The notes under the pieces are model-generated. The model was not told where the DNA came from, ran no database searches, and saw only the letters and a program-made list of their open reading frames with translations. A DNA stretch of 64,000 nt from Saccostrea echinata (Eukaryota): contig NW_026889763.1 in the NCBI RefSeq assembly GCF_033153115.1, positions 5,332,001 through 5,396,000 on the forward strand. The letters are read 5' to 3'. Positions 1 to 12,757 of this stretch are shown here, piece after piece (position 1 is the first letter of the stretch; the number at the start of each line of letters is the position of its first letter). Made by a program: the position numbers and the translations under genes.

Positions 1-198
1 TTGGTGGCTTTCCTTTCGTTAACCCACATATCTAGATAGATCTGTGTGCTTGTTTTATCAAATCGAGTAAAACTACAGCCGAGAGAGTAACCCCGACAAT
101 ATACTGTGTAATTCTTTTCATTGAACTTTTCGGTTGGGTAAGCGCGAAGGACTGGCAATTCCACGAGATTTGTGAGTCGAACAACTAGAAGAAACATC

Positions 199-1346
199 AT
201 GGCAACACGGAATGGTAAGTTGAAAATAATGCTATTTTAGAAATTTCATTTCCTTTTTCAATGTTAGGAACTATTATATAATTATTATAGAATTTCAAAT
301 CACAGTGCACATTCACATAACTCTTTTTTTTTAACAGAGAAAAGAAAAAATCACCGATTTTCGAAACAAGAGGTTCTTCTTATTTTACGAAGCTATCTCA
401 TCCATCCTGCTGATTTTGAGTCCATTTTGGAAGAGATTAAGGCAAATGTCAATCAGTTCGGCGCGGACATTCGCGAGATGTATAAAAAGGAAGATGAAAA
501 AAGGCTGCTTCAGCGCATTAGAGAGAAATTTCATATAATAAGGAAAACATGCACACGGAAAAAGACTCAGATATCAGGTATGATAATTGATCAGCATTTT
601 TTCTGAGCTTTGATCCCATTATCCATAAACTTCTATTGATTCTTAATTTTTTTTTAAAATGTCAGGATAAGTCATACAAATCCAAATACTTCAGTCATTA
701 TTTAATCATAAAACATGTAGTTTAGAGTCTGATAAAATATATAAATCATAACATTTCATTTTTCTAACGATGTGTATCATTTGTTTATAGACAATGTCTT
801 GAGGAAATTGCAAAATTGGAGAAAAGATATAATAGCTCTAATTCCTCCGTGAACCCCCCTTCATCTTCTTCCATCAGTCCCCCCTCGACAAAAACCACAT
901 CTTTAGAAAATTCATGTCAACTCTCGGGCACTAGGAACCCCAGGGAATTGACCCGGCCTACCTTCTCAGGAAATACCATACCAATGACCAGCTCTACAGG
1001 GAACTCGGATTACTCCCGACCATCAACCAGCTCTTTGGGGAATCCCCGGCCATCGACTTCGTCCTCAGGGAGTCGCCAACATAATGAAGAGGATACTGGA
1101 GAAGATGAGGATCAAGATGTAGAGGACATACGGCTCCAGTGGGCTCGCGAAGATGCCGTAGAATGTGAGAGGGTTAGAAAACGAAAAAAATCCAAACAAA
1201 AGAAAGTAAAGAAATCTCGTTCTACTAAAGAATTAATTAGAGAGAACAAAAAGCTGAAAAACAAACTTTTGACTTATTTATATAAGAATAAGAACAAACT
1301 AGTAGATGTAAGTTCTGAATCGTCAACAAGTTCAGAGTCTGATTAG
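199..1346 (+). CDS. Harbinger accessory Myb/SANT-like DNA-binding protein, 3 exons (199-214, 338-577, 791-1346), with one apparent frameshift
   Basis: ATG at 199, GT-AG introns 215-337 and 578-790. Exon 2 reads KRKNHRFSKQEVLLILRSY...LQRIREKF (Myb/SANT-like); exon 3 is Ser-rich, then acidic and basic. Joining exon 2 to the long exon 3 ORF needs a 1-nt shift within 522-577. Lies directly upstream of a Harbinger transposase. Confidence 0.65.
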
Positions 1347-1355
1347 ACAAACTTG

Positions 1356-1357
<2 letters not shown>

Positions 1358-1432
<75 letters not shown>
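1358..1432. repeat. (AT)n microsatellite
   Basis: Uninterrupted AT run. Confidence 0.95.
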
Positions 1433-1437
<5 letters not shown>

Positions 1438-1555
1438 TTATTACTTAATTAAAGCTTTGTTGATAAAACACGTGTCTTGTTTGAAAAAAAGGGGGGTAAA
1501 TGTATGCCATGAAGAAAACTGTTAAAATAAATTAGACATTGAACAAATAAAATGA

Positions 1556-1557
<2 letters not shown>

Positions 1558-1597
<40 letters not shown>
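1558..1597. repeat. (GA)n microsatellite
   Basis: Uninterrupted GA run. Confidence 0.95.
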
Positions 1598-1602
<5 letters not shown>

Positions 1603-2499
1603 AACATTTCATGACATATTTCGATAAGTGATATGGCATTTTCTCTTTATATCGTATTTTTCTAGTTATTTTATTGAATATGAAAAATAGGTCCCTCTTT
1701 TTGAAGCTAAACAAATTAATTCTCACAGATATTAGCCGTCTGCAAATAACAAAGAATTTAATTGGAGTGACTCTAAACACTACACACGAAAGAGTATGAT
1801 TTCAAAGTAATTTAAGCTGTAAGCTTAGAGTGACCTGCCCTTTAATGTACAATCTTTAGTGAATAACAAAATTTGCAAAAGAATAAAGTGCTCTAATATT
1901 ATAATTGACCACGCTAAAGTTGATGAAAACATTATTTGTATGTGTAGAAAATAAAACCAGTGATTTCTGTTTCTTGGTGCTTCATTTTCTTTGAACATTT
2001 TTTCCTGGGGCATGGGAAGTATCTTATATTGAAATTTAATTAGATAAGCTCGATCGACATGTACACCATTTTTATCAATGTGTATTTTGTCAAATAAATG
2101 TTTAAAAAATTATTTTTGAGAACATCCATAAGCATGTTTATATTTTTTAAAATCAGAAATAACAAGCTAAACAGACACGTAGTATCGTTTTAAAGGGGGG
2201 GGGGGTCAATCAGGAGAAAAAAATTTGGATCAACGGGAAAACTTTAACAAGAAATTAAAAAAAGGAGCATTCTATAAAATCAAAAATATTTCGTGCGGGA
2301 AGGAGGGGAGTTCCAACTTTTTCGCAACCAAATTTTCTTCAAACATTACTAGAAAACCCTGATTTTGACTTTGCTGAGACAAAAGGGGGGGGGGACCCTT
2401 TCAACGAACATTTTCTATAGTAAAAGATAATGTAAGAAAAAAAGGGGGGGGCAGGCGGCTAAATGGCTGCTAAATAAATTCAATTGATACACACAGAAT

Positions 2500-2501
<2 letters not shown>

Positions 2502-2589
<88 letters not shown>
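2502..2589. repeat. (AT)n microsatellite
   Basis: Uninterrupted AT run. Confidence 0.95.
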
Positions 2590-2591
<2 letters not shown>

Positions 2592-2870
2592 TAAGATTTA
2601 TGAGGTTCTTTTACTTACCCGTATTGATCCCCGCTGCTAGTATACAATCATATATTAAGAGCCACCCTTATGTGAACCCCTTTTCTCGACAAAAACTCCA
2701 TTGTATGATAAAATGACACTATACAATAGAAACTCCAAGGAGAACAGCATTATTTGTTACCACGTGGGTATAAATTTAGCAATTTTAACGGACCTAGCTG
2801 TCAGACAGCGTAGCTTAGTAGACTCGTCCATATAAGAACACTAAAAGGGAAACTGGTATATCATAGCAAA

Positions 2871-3983
2871 ATGGAAAGAGATTCGCTTGCATGTTTGTTG
2901 CTTACTGTTTTTGATTCTTCCATTCACGATACGAAGATGATATCAAATTTACTCCTAATGTTGGAAGCGTTCGAAGTGAATGAACATGAAACAGAAATTA
3001 GTGATGGTTTGATAACCCTTTTATCAGTACTTGACCTGCCCAGTTTAAGTTCATTTTCCAGCAGGAACCTTTTGTTTTTTGATGATGTAGACCAAATAAG
3101 GGGTAGGAGGGGGAGGGATGTTTTCTCTGATTTGTCTCAGAACAGACGTCTGTTCTTTGACGGAACTGGCGAGACACCTGATACATTCATGGAATTGTGT
3201 GGTCAGTGTAGTCATATGTTGGGTCCTTACCGACAAAGATATTGTTTGAACAACAGAAATAAGATTTTGTTGACACTACTATGGTTGAAAACCTATCCTA
3301 CATGTACAAGTCTGTCATACATTTTTTCAATTTCTGTATCATCCGCTCGTCGAATTGTAAATTTAGTGTGGCCAATCTTGCATGCTGTTTTAAGAGAAAA
3401 CAGATCATGGCCATCAAATAGAGAATGGCATCGCCTACGGGGTGTGTGGAAGCAGTTGCCTCAAGCAGTAGGAGCGATTGATGGCACCTCCCATCGCATA
3501 TATATGCCTTCAAATGAACCCCAAAGGCTTTATTATAGTGGGCACCGTAACTTTCATTGTGTTCACACACAGATTGTCATCGACAATAACTTGAAGATCT
3601 GTCATGTAGAATCGGGATTTCTGGGCCATAATAATGACGCCCAAACTTTTCGAATGATGACGCCCATAGGGGTTGGTATGACACTGGATTTTCCAAGAGA
3701 TTGCTATTTATTAGGAGACTGCATATACCCTTCCAGACACCCAATTGTCACTCCATTTACCGAAGCACAGTTACGTCGTCAACCAGAGAATGTAAGAAGA
3801 GAGTACCAGAATGTTAATAGGAAAATTCGCAAATACCGGGTCTATGTAGAACATGTTATCAAATTGATTAAAATTTTTAGAGTCATTTCAACTTTATATC
3901 GCCATTCCCGATTACATATTAGTAACATTGTCTGTCTGTGCGCATGTTTAGCAGTAAGACGAACAAAACTGTTCTTCTTATAA
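2871..3983 (+). CDS. PIF/Harbinger DDE transposase (HARBI1-like, DDE_Tnp_4 with upstream HTH)
   Basis: Intact 370-aa ORF with GAIDGTSHRI, YYSGHRNFH, G.NNDA, LLGDCIYP and RVYVEHVI (catalytic D, D, E) and an HTH-like LLTLLWL...LSYIFSIS.SSA segment. Confidence 0.93.
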   Translation: MERDSLACLLLTVFDSSIHDTKMISNLLLMLEAFEVNEHETEISDGLITLLSVLDLPSLSSFSSRNLLFFDDVDQIRGRRGRDVFSDLSQNRRLFFDGTGETPDTFMELCGQCSHMLGPYRQRYCLNNRNKILLTLLWLKTYPTCTSLSYIFSISVSSARRIVNLVWPILHAVLRENRSWPSNREWHRLRGVWKQLPQAVGAIDGTSHRIYMPSNEPQRLYYSGHRNFHCVHTQIVIDNNLKICHVESGFLGHNNDAQTFRMMTPIGVGMTLDFPRDCYLLGDCIYPSRHPIVTPFTEAQLRRQPENVRREYQNVNRKIRKYRVYVEHVIKLIKIFRVISTLYRHSRLHISNIVCLCACLAVRRTKLFFL

Positions 3984-4529
3984 ATTGCGTCCTTTTCCCA
4001 ATATATCGTAAATTAATACAACACAATAAATATGATACCAAATGCAAGAAATAATGTATATAGTATAATTGATACTTAACTCGTAATAAAAGTCAGCCAA
4101 AGTTAGTTAGTGTAAAAGTAATGGTATGCAGAAAGAGAGTTACCGTAAATTGCCAAGCCTTAAGCTTTAGGTTGCATGCGGGCAAGTAACTTTCAATACA
4201 ATGGGAGCATTTTACAACATATATGTCGATCTAATAAAAAAAAAATCATATATGCATATTACCTGGATTAAATCAACCCTCAACACTAGAATGTGTGTGT
4301 GTAGGTGGGTGGTAAATGGCATGCATTTATCTGTTATTTGTTTATTTTGTATGTGGTTTTCGTGGAGTGGCTATCTACATGGTACCAAAAACTAAACTGC
4401 GTTTCAGTAACATTGTATTAAAACCACGTAGACAAATTTGATCAAAAATACAGATAATATGGTGCAAATTCTAAGGAACATTGTCTCAAATTTTCTCGTA
4501 AGATTGTTATGTGTAGCGAACAGTATATA

Positions 4530-4670
4530 AGGAACTTATACTGCCTCGCCAGTGAGCTAGATTTTCAAGTAATGTGGTAGAGGTCTCCCTCTATTTCAGG
4601 CAAGTTAAGCAACGGCGAACCTGTATAGTCCTTGGATGGATGGCCGCTTCAAATTACATATGCAATAAAC
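4530..4670 (+). mobile_element. Degenerate SINE with a 5S rRNA-like segment
   Basis: 4602-4647 AAGTTAAGCAACGGCGAACCTGTATAGTCCTTGGATGGATGGCCGC resembles the 5S internal promoter region (box A AAGCTAAGCA, box C TTGGATGGGAGACC), preceded by a weak tRNA A-box-like stretch. Confidence 0.4.
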
Positions 4671-4913
4671 CCGCGACCTACATGTACAGCTTTTTAAAAG
4701 CTGGGAAGCAAGCTCCAACATTGTTTTTGTTCAAAGAAATGTAATGATGTTAAAGTTATATTGAAATTTGAATAAAAAGTTATATACATATCTGATCATT
4801 TTATGCTTACTCATTTACAAAATAATGGAAATATACATTTTTATTGGAATAATCATTATACTTCAGCTCTATAAATGGGCCTGATTTAAAAGTGATGTAT
4901 TCAGCGAGTTAGA

Positions 4914-5152
4914 CATCGGAATCGAGATGTCTCTTATACTTCGATACGTATACGGATACGTATGCGGATACGTCAGATAGAACAATCTCTATTACTATAT
5001 ATCTTATTTTGCAATGAATGAGGTTAAAATCAAACAAGAAACGATGGAAATGTTACCCAACGGTTAAATCATCGGGATCGAGATGCCTCTCATACTTCGA
5101 TACGTATACGGATACGGATACGTATACGGATACGTCAGATAGAACAATCTCT
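4914..5152. repeat. Two ~80-nt direct repeats with internal GATACG units; candidate right terminus of the Harbinger element
   Basis: 4914-4990 and 5070-5152 are nearly identical and both end in GATAGAACAATCTCT. Confidence 0.7.
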
Positions 5153-5294
5153 AATGTTCGTAAAAGCTGTAACGTTAGCCTCATAGTCTGTCTGTCTATT
5201 TAGCAAAGCGAGTTTCCCCATTGTTAAACTATGTTTAAATAAATTTTGTGATGTTTATCGTTGAACACAATACAAAAAATAATTATATTTTATT

Positions 5295-5540
5295 TTATTA
5301 CATTTTGTTTTATTACATTTTGCGTTGTCCTCAACGCAAAAATTGAGTAGCACAAAATGTAACAAACAAAAAGAGCATTATTACATTTTGCATTAATCCC
5401 AACGCACAATGTAATAACACAAAATGTAATAATCCAAAAATCGTGTCTGCGTTGATCTCGACGCAAAGTGTAATAACGCAAAATGTAATAATCCCAGTTT
5501 ATTACATTTTGCGTTGTTATTACATTTCGCGTTGTAACAA
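5295..5540. repeat. Cluster of TTATTACATTTTGCGTT units in both orientations (MITE subterminal-repeat relic)
   Basis: Several direct and inverted copies of AACGCAAAATGTAATAA. Confidence 0.6.
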
Positions 5541-8209
5541 CGGGACGATATCACCTGTAGGGTGATAACAGGACCGAGTTCAAAATTGTTATGTCGCATT
5601 TTTATATCAATTGAAAAGAGCCATAGCTGCCTTACCGACGACACGGCCGACTCAAGAATTTAAAAGGAAATCACCTGTTTCTATTTATAGATATACTGTA
5701 CCTTTTCAATTCATGAGCAAACTACGTAATATGATTTGAGGACGAGTGTTATATTTTCATAGTTGCAAGTATGTCTAATGACAAACATTTTACTTGTTCA
5801 ATACTCTAATTCTGAGACAAAAGATTTACGCAGAAAATCAATAACAATAAAACAAGTTGCTATGAATTTGCAAACTTTAATAAAATAGTTGACTGTCTTT
5901 TTCCAAGATACTTTCAAAGTGTAATGTGTATATTATAACTTTCTGAAATTGTGTATATTATAAAACATAATTAAGAAAAACGTAGAAAAGATATACAAAG
6001 AAAAAAAATTAAAAAAAAAAATGAATGGAAAAATGTGGGGCTTGAACTCGCAATCACCATATTTACATTCCAGCAATCATACCGCTGCGCCAACGAAGTC
6101 AATGATGTCAAGTTGATAAATTTAAGACAGATTGCTAAATCTTACGATTATATGAGAAGAAAAATTAAATATATATTTTCATCATTTTCAATATGAAGAC
6201 CACCTTTAACCAAAATTATCTAAAGGGAATGAAGTGCAGACATATCCAAATAAAATTATTCAAAAGTTGTTTTTCTGGTTAAGGGTGGTCTTTGGCAACA
6301 GTTTGTCATCGTTAGGTGGATACCTCAATATTTACTATATATTCTATACAAACTGGATAATTTTCAAATTTATCATATGAGGGAACTATTAACATTTCAA
6401 TATCATTATTGTGTGATTTGGTTTAAAGCATGTATAAACTAAGACTGTATGACAAAATTTTGGTTAAAAAATGTATTTAAGAAATCACTAGTAGAGTAGG
6501 CGAAAATGCCTATCAAATGCGCTATGGCTCTTTTATTTACAATAACGATTTTACGGTACACTACTGATGGCTTTCGAAGTACTGGTTACATATTTCCCAT
6601 TCCCACACAGCTAGGGATTTATGCCATTCAGGTATCTGAAAGGTGACTGAAATGTCTCTAGATCTGAATGACAGAGCTCTGCCATTCAGCCACCTTTCAG
6701 GACCTTTCAGTGAATATTTTAGTTGATTTTCATGAATTAAACATTTTAATTAAAACATATTCTACAAGTTTCAGTAACAGTTCTGGTTCGAACACATTTT
6801 ATTGTAAATTATATACAAAATTTTTACAACGCACAAGTAACGATAAACATTAATTGGCTGGGTTCAAGAGCAACACCATCGACAACATGCATTTTGTCGG
6901 ACCCAAGAACCAAACTGTTTACCTGAGGCTGTTATACAGTTTGGTTCGAGGGGTCGACAAAACGCAAAACGCAAACATAGTCAATAAATACCTTTTACTT
7001 TTTATTTTGATATATCTTGCTCTGGCTGCTATGTCTGCGATAATTGATAAGATTTAGCTCTTTCCGCCTACAGCATGACGTAAAAAAGTCAGCGATATAA
7101 TATCTCATCGCCAGGTCTAATATCTCACTCAGCGGTCCAACATCGACATTTTTGGACAACACAGAAAAACAAATGGAAATATACTTTTTTCAGTAAAGAT
7201 TTATATAGGAAACAATTTTTAAATGTGTAACAATCATTATTATATATATACATTTGTGGTATCTCTCTATTATATAAACATGCAGAGAGCAAATATCTTC
7301 ATACCTGTATGAAGTTTTTCGAAGGTCATAGGTCATTACGTGACCTAATCACACAGCGCAGTAATATCTACATAAAAAGACTTACTCCACTAAGCAATAT
7401 ATAGCATGTTTTTCATGCATAAAAATGTACAAAATACGCAAGTAAAATAATAATCATTTTATTTACAATGTAAACGAGTATTTAATACAGTTCTTGATCG
7501 ATTTTACATAGAGAATAGAAAACTACGTGTTATAAGTTTCATGTCTGAGCTGCATAGTCTCTACGTTTACCCTTATTTTTCTCGCAGACCTCTGAATGCT
7601 ATAATTTTTTTCCATTAAACTTTACTCACAATAAATTTGAAAATCTGTTGAAAAATATCAATGTAATGCAATCACGCCACAAACAGCTGACAAACACTGC
7701 ACTTTGGAAGTTCGGTAGGCACACCTCCATCATCGAGATCGTTGTGACGTTGTCTGAACAATGTACGCTGTCGCCAGTGTCTCCATGTCAACATCATAAA
7801 TTAATAAATATGCCTTACTGAAATCGTAGATTTTATGTTTTTGATCAAATTTTGTACTTGATTTCAAGTTATCTGGTCCGGACAAGTGTCTCCATCCATC
7901 CCTTTCCGACCGCAATTCCTCCAACTTTTTATTATCAAACATCGGACGTGTTTCTTGTGTTTTTAAACATCGAATATGGGTTCTCATGAATACAAAAATT
8001 CCAAGACACCAATACGCTCACTATAATTGATCACAAGTAGCCTTTCACAGAATATTCCCTTCAAAGCAGAATCCTTTGCCAGATGAATTTGAAGCGTAAC
8101 CGCTTTTCAAGCCGATTTACACCTAGCGTAATTAGTCAAAATCTATGACGTGCAGTTAGTGCAATATTTATATTCGATTACATTCGATTGTCCGTCTCAA
8201 ATGTATATA

Positions 8210-8369
8210 TAAGTAATAAATAACAAGTTTAAAAACTTCAATGGGAATTGAAGTGGGTCGGTACGTGATCAAATCTTCTGAGAAGGCCTTCGGCCTTCAC
8301 AGGATTTGATCACGTGACCGACCCACTTCAATTCCCATTGAAGTTTTTAAACTTGTTATTTATTTCTTA
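8210..8369. mobile_element. 160-nt near-perfect hairpin, terminal structure of a Crypton-like non-autonomous element
   Basis: Inverted arms of ~78 nt around GGCC-TTC-GGCC; ends TAAGTAATAA and TTATTTCTTA. The hairpin is directly visible; the Crypton label is inference. Confidence 0.75.
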
Positions 8370-8964
8370 AATATATGAATAAATAATTCTGAGCTCTCTG
8401 ATTAGTTGAGATGCAATATTGTAGAAAAGTACCACCTGCAAAAGACCAGGTGAACATAAGGATTTATTTTTTTTTTATACTGGACTAAAAATAGACTGAA
8501 AACTTACATACTAATACAATTAGTTATGAAAAGTTATTTTACTCGCACCCGACTTCAACTTAAGTTGAACGTAACATCCAAGCACGTGGTATATGTATAT
8601 GGAGTAATGCTCTCCAAACTTTTTTAAAGTTAATTTTTACTATTTACTTAGTAAGAACATGTGCATTGTAAGGCTGGTTGGCCTCCCCCGATCTATATCA
8701 AAATTCTTTGACCTTACCCCCCCCCCCCCCCAAAAAAAATACACATACACATAGGTTGTAATTTTTCTCTTCCCCCTCCTCCTCAACTTTCAAAATTGAT
8801 ATTAAAAATGCATGTGCCTGACATTTATTCTTCTCAAGAAATTAATTCCAAATTTTAACCCTGCTTTCTCACTGTGTTTGGCCACAACTTCTACAAATAT
8901 AAACAATAGAAATATCATTATTTGATTAACAAGTTCGTATCGTTTAATAATTAAATAATATTAT

Positions 8965-9110
8965 AAAACAGTTATTTTTGTTTTATTTAGTCAATACGAT
9001 GATTAAGCCACCCTCGAAGTCAAATATTCCTTCTGGCTCGGTGAATATTGTGCTCCTCAGGCGTATAAATCATAGTATTGATCCCGAAAACAGAAATAAC
9101 TGTATCATAT
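8965..9110. mobile_element. Degenerate Crypton-like hairpin, same family as 37085-37222
   Basis: Imperfect inverted arms; shares AGCCACC.TCGAA...GGCTCGGTGAAT.TTGT.CTCCTCAGG.GT.TAAAT.AT.GTATTGA with the 37.1-kb copy. Confidence 0.55.
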
Positions 9111-10387
9111 TAACATTTCACCAGAAAAACTGTTCAGCTTCTTTTTCACTTTATAAGGCTGAAATTGAAAGTTATATACCAAAGACTGTTCCAGGCTCAA
9201 AATGTTTTGAAAATTGTTGTTTTAGAGATGTTTAATAGTTGCTCCAAATACCGTCTTAATGCTTTGAAGTATTACCATTTGGAGTGTACAAAAACAAATA
9301 TTTCACAATGGTGTATTGATATCTAGATCAAAAAGAAACATCTTAAATACAAGGCATAATATGAATAGATATATTTAGATGCCCATGCACTCAAAGACAG
9401 AAAAATATGCATTGCACGTTGTAAGTCAACAAGAAGCACCCCGATTTTTACTTTACGCTTAAAACTCTGACTTAAGAAATCTTAAAAAAAAAAGCACTTA
9501 CAGGAATCGCAAATGAGCTCCATTTCTTCAAATGTCTTTGGAATACATGTTCAAAATACTTTTAACAAGAGAAAAGTTTTGTGCAAAGTATTCTGTAGAT
9601 TACCATAAAAATACATCAAAGCGTATTGTGTCAATTGCTCTTCTTTTCTGTCTTTAACTAGTGATAACACATGAAAAAAAAAAAAAACATACTGCTTATT
9701 CAATACAATAGCACCTAACTCTCTTTGAACAATTGAAAGGCTTCATAAACCGCATTTTGTAAATATGAGCATAGAAATTATTATGTATAATACATTATTT
9801 TCAGTGAATTATTTCATAACTATCGAAAATGAGCTTCCGAGGGATAATTAAAATTTCTTTTTATTTTCAACATACCAAGTTCGTATTGACACTTGTAGTA
9901 GCCAACAATGCATTACAACTCATTAAGTGATTGGTCAGTCGATAAACAGATAGCAAATTAAGCATGCAAAAATATGCTTACGTTAGAAAACCTAGTGGTC
10001 TCCACCCAATTATCTTAAAGTTGGCCACATATAATAATCAGGATTTTCCGGTGTAAAATAAGGACTTTTTCAATTTGAACCGTATGTTGCCGAGCATGAC
10101 CTCAATATGTGACATGATCGTGCAAGTATTGAATACCGAAGGTTGAGATATAAAATATCAATGTCAATGTTAGTGAAATGATGTCCAACTTATAATTCTG
10201 GAAGCCTTGATTGGAATGATTCAGAATTATTTCATTCCAGGTTGATAGTGATATAATTATTATAATGTAATTTGCAAAGAAAGTCTGCAACCTTTTACTC
10301 TCAAAAAATGATGATAAACACTCTTATTTTTAATAAATGTGCCACTTTTACTATTCTGTATTGTGCTAGAGAGTAAAAACTGTATTT

Positions 10388-10782
10388 TCATGTATTGTCA
10401 GATTCTAAGGCACCAAAAGTCAGCGTTACACTATTACTCAAAGCAACCTTGTTTCCTGCTCCAGCGTTTTGTAAAAAGCAGTAAAGCGTCGATCCGTTAA
10501 AATCGGAGCGATATGAAAACACCGTGGGTTCGTTTCCATTAACAAAAACCCATTCTCCACAATTTGGCGTAAAAATTCCGCTTCTTTCAGGAAAATAGAC
10601 AAATTCTGCGATTTGATGATCAGTTGAGTTGAAAATTCGAATGCCTACATCCTGAGCCGATTCGTTAGACTGATCTTTCGTTACATTACAGCTGATTAGA
10701 ACACCTACAAACGTTTCATTGCTGGTTGTGTTGATCGCGTATCTGGTCGCTCGAACGGCAACAGATGGTGGTGTCATAGGAG
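10388..10782 (-). CDS. SEA-mucin-Ig protein, terminal exon (second Ig-like domain)
   Basis: Phase-1 acceptor (ttcag), reads APMTPPSVAV...LISCNVT...FNGSTLYCFLQN...SNSVTLTF, stop at 10388-10390; Ig-type Cys pair and N-glycosylation sequons. Confidence 0.8.
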
Positions 10783-11042
10783 CTGAAATGAAAGGTAAAC
10801 ATTTTTTTTTATTGATCATCAGTAATGACAATCAAAAAATGCATACATATAATATATTCATTTTTAACATTATACATATAATCGATCTTAATTATTCTAG
10901 TGAGTATTGAAATCGCAAATTTTGATAACAACCAGGATAGACAATCACAGTAAACTGTCAACGTCAGAATTGATGAGTCTTGAAAAAAAACCTTAATAAG
11001 CTTAAAGAAAAATTCCTTTTTTGTCGATTAAATAAAAAGAAA

Positions 11043-11472
11043 ACAAGATGTGTTTGTGAAACACTGATGCCCCCGTAGTGCAGGTTATGGTGAAGGTAAA
11101 ATTTTCTCAAATGCAAGTCAAACTCCAAGATCAACATCAAGAGATCAAAAATGTTGTAACTTAAAGAAAGGTCTTGTCTCAAGGAATATACCTGTGAAGT
11201 ATGAAACACCTAGTACTAACTAATGAAATGAAAGTTATAGCCAAGAATAAAGTTTGGTAAATTTTGCGAAAGTGGGCCAAACTCCAAAGTCAAGATCAAG
11301 AGGTCAAACATGCTGGTAACCAAAAGAAAGGTCTTGTCACAAGACACATGAAAATATGAAAGCCGTACCTCCAACCAATCAAAAGTTATGGGCAATGTTA
11401 AACTTTTTTCGACAGAGAGACGGACAGGGCAAAAACTATATGCCCCCGAATCTTCGATTACGGGGCATAAAA
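11043..11472 (+). mobile_element. Helentron-like non-autonomous element (HINE/CvA type)
   Basis: 5' ACAAGATGTGTTTGTGAAACAC..ATGCCCCC, internal tandem units, ACAG/ACGG microsatellite and 3' palindrome TATGCCCCCGAATC-TTC-GATTACGGGGCATA. Confidence 0.75.
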
Positions 11473-11662
11473 CAGATAGTTCTAGTTCACAAGATGATAA
11501 TTTTTTTTGTGTGATAAATAGCTTAAAATATGAATTAGGAAAATTTATTCAAATATTTAATAACAATATTATAAAATTAAAAATTCTTCCCCGGTAAATG
11601 CCTTGTGACACGCAATACATTGTAAATATGCTGGATATTTTACCTCTTCAAATTATAAATAA

Positions 11663-11983
11663 AACAAGATGTGTTTGTGAAACACTCATGCCCCCGTACG
11701 GCAACTTATAGCAAAGGTTAAACTTTCTCGAATGCAAATCAAATATGTTGGTATTCAAAGTAAGGTCTTGTCTCGAGGAATATACCTGTGAAATATGAAA
11801 GCCCTAGCAGCAGCCATTGATTAGATATGGAAAAGATTAAAGTAATTCAAACATCAAGGTCAAGGTCAAATGGTCAAAATTAATGGTGCCTAAGGAAAGG
11901 CCTTCTCACAAGAAATATACAGGTGAAATATGAAAGCTGAAGCACCAATCGTTCAAAAGTTATGACCAAGGTTAAAGTGTTTC

Positions 11984-12014
<31 letters not shown>

Positions 12015-12467
12015 ATGGATTACAATTGTTGGTATCCAAGGGAAGGTCTTGTCACAAGGATTACATATGTGAAGTATGAAAGCCCTATCATCAGCGATTC
12101 AAAAGTTATGGCCAATGTTAAAGTTTTACAAAAGTAGGTCAAACTCTTGTCACAATTAATACACATGTGAAGTATGAAAGCCCTAGTACCAATCGTTCAA
12201 AAGTTATGGCCAAGGGTAAGGTTGGGGAAATTTTTGCAAAACTTGGTCAAACTCCAAGGTCAAGGTCAAAAGGTCAAATATGGTGGTACCCAAAGAAAGG
12301 TCTTATCACAAGGAATACACATGTTAAATATGAAAGCCATAGCTCCAACCAATCAAAGTTAGGGGCAATGTTAAAGTTTTTGCGGACAAACAGACAAACA
12401 GACAGACAGACGGACGGACAGGGCAAAAACTATATACCCACGAATCTTCGATACGGGGGAATAAAAA
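11663..12467 (+). mobile_element. Helentron-like non-autonomous element (HINE) with a longer internal tandem array
   Basis: Same termini as 11043-11472; about five ~130-nt units containing CAAGGTCAAGGTCA and TGTGAAATATGAAAGCCC; (ACAG)n then 3' palindrome. Confidence 0.8.
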
Positions 12468-12757
12468 ATGCTTAAAATGGATTTCTTTGCAATGCATTAT
12501 GATAATGCAATGCAGAAAAAAATTAATTACTTGTGACAAAATTGTACACATGTAGAATATGATTCCCCACCCAGTCTTTCACTGCGCGGAGAATAAAGGA
12601 CTGAACTGATTTTAAGAAGGAACAAAAGATATCAATTTCAATACTTTCCGAACGAAACGAGAAATCACACTGATTGACTTTTAAACGGATAGATATGTCA
12701 ATTTCATAAAAGTATAACATATTCATTGCATGGCTTCTAAATATTTTTCTTACTTAC

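Noticed and set aside
2190-2460. G-runs as a functional G-quadruplex
   Set aside because: The runs are widely spaced homopolymers typical of decayed repeats, with no further support.
6030-6095. tRNA-like sequence on the minus strand
   Set aside because: Too degenerate; at most a SINE or transposon-internal remnant.
6490-7075. Possible MITE bounded by GTAGGCGAAA and TTCCGCCTAC
   Set aside because: The inverted match is short and no TSD could be identified.
7730-7987. 85-aa minus ORF next to a Crypton-like hairpin as a recombinase fragment
   Set aside because: No recognisable catalytic or DUF3504 motif by eye; needs an HMM search.
12167-12551. ORFs with TDRQTD or SVCLSV repeats (also 56098-56286)
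   Set aside because: Translations of HINE ACAG microsatellites.
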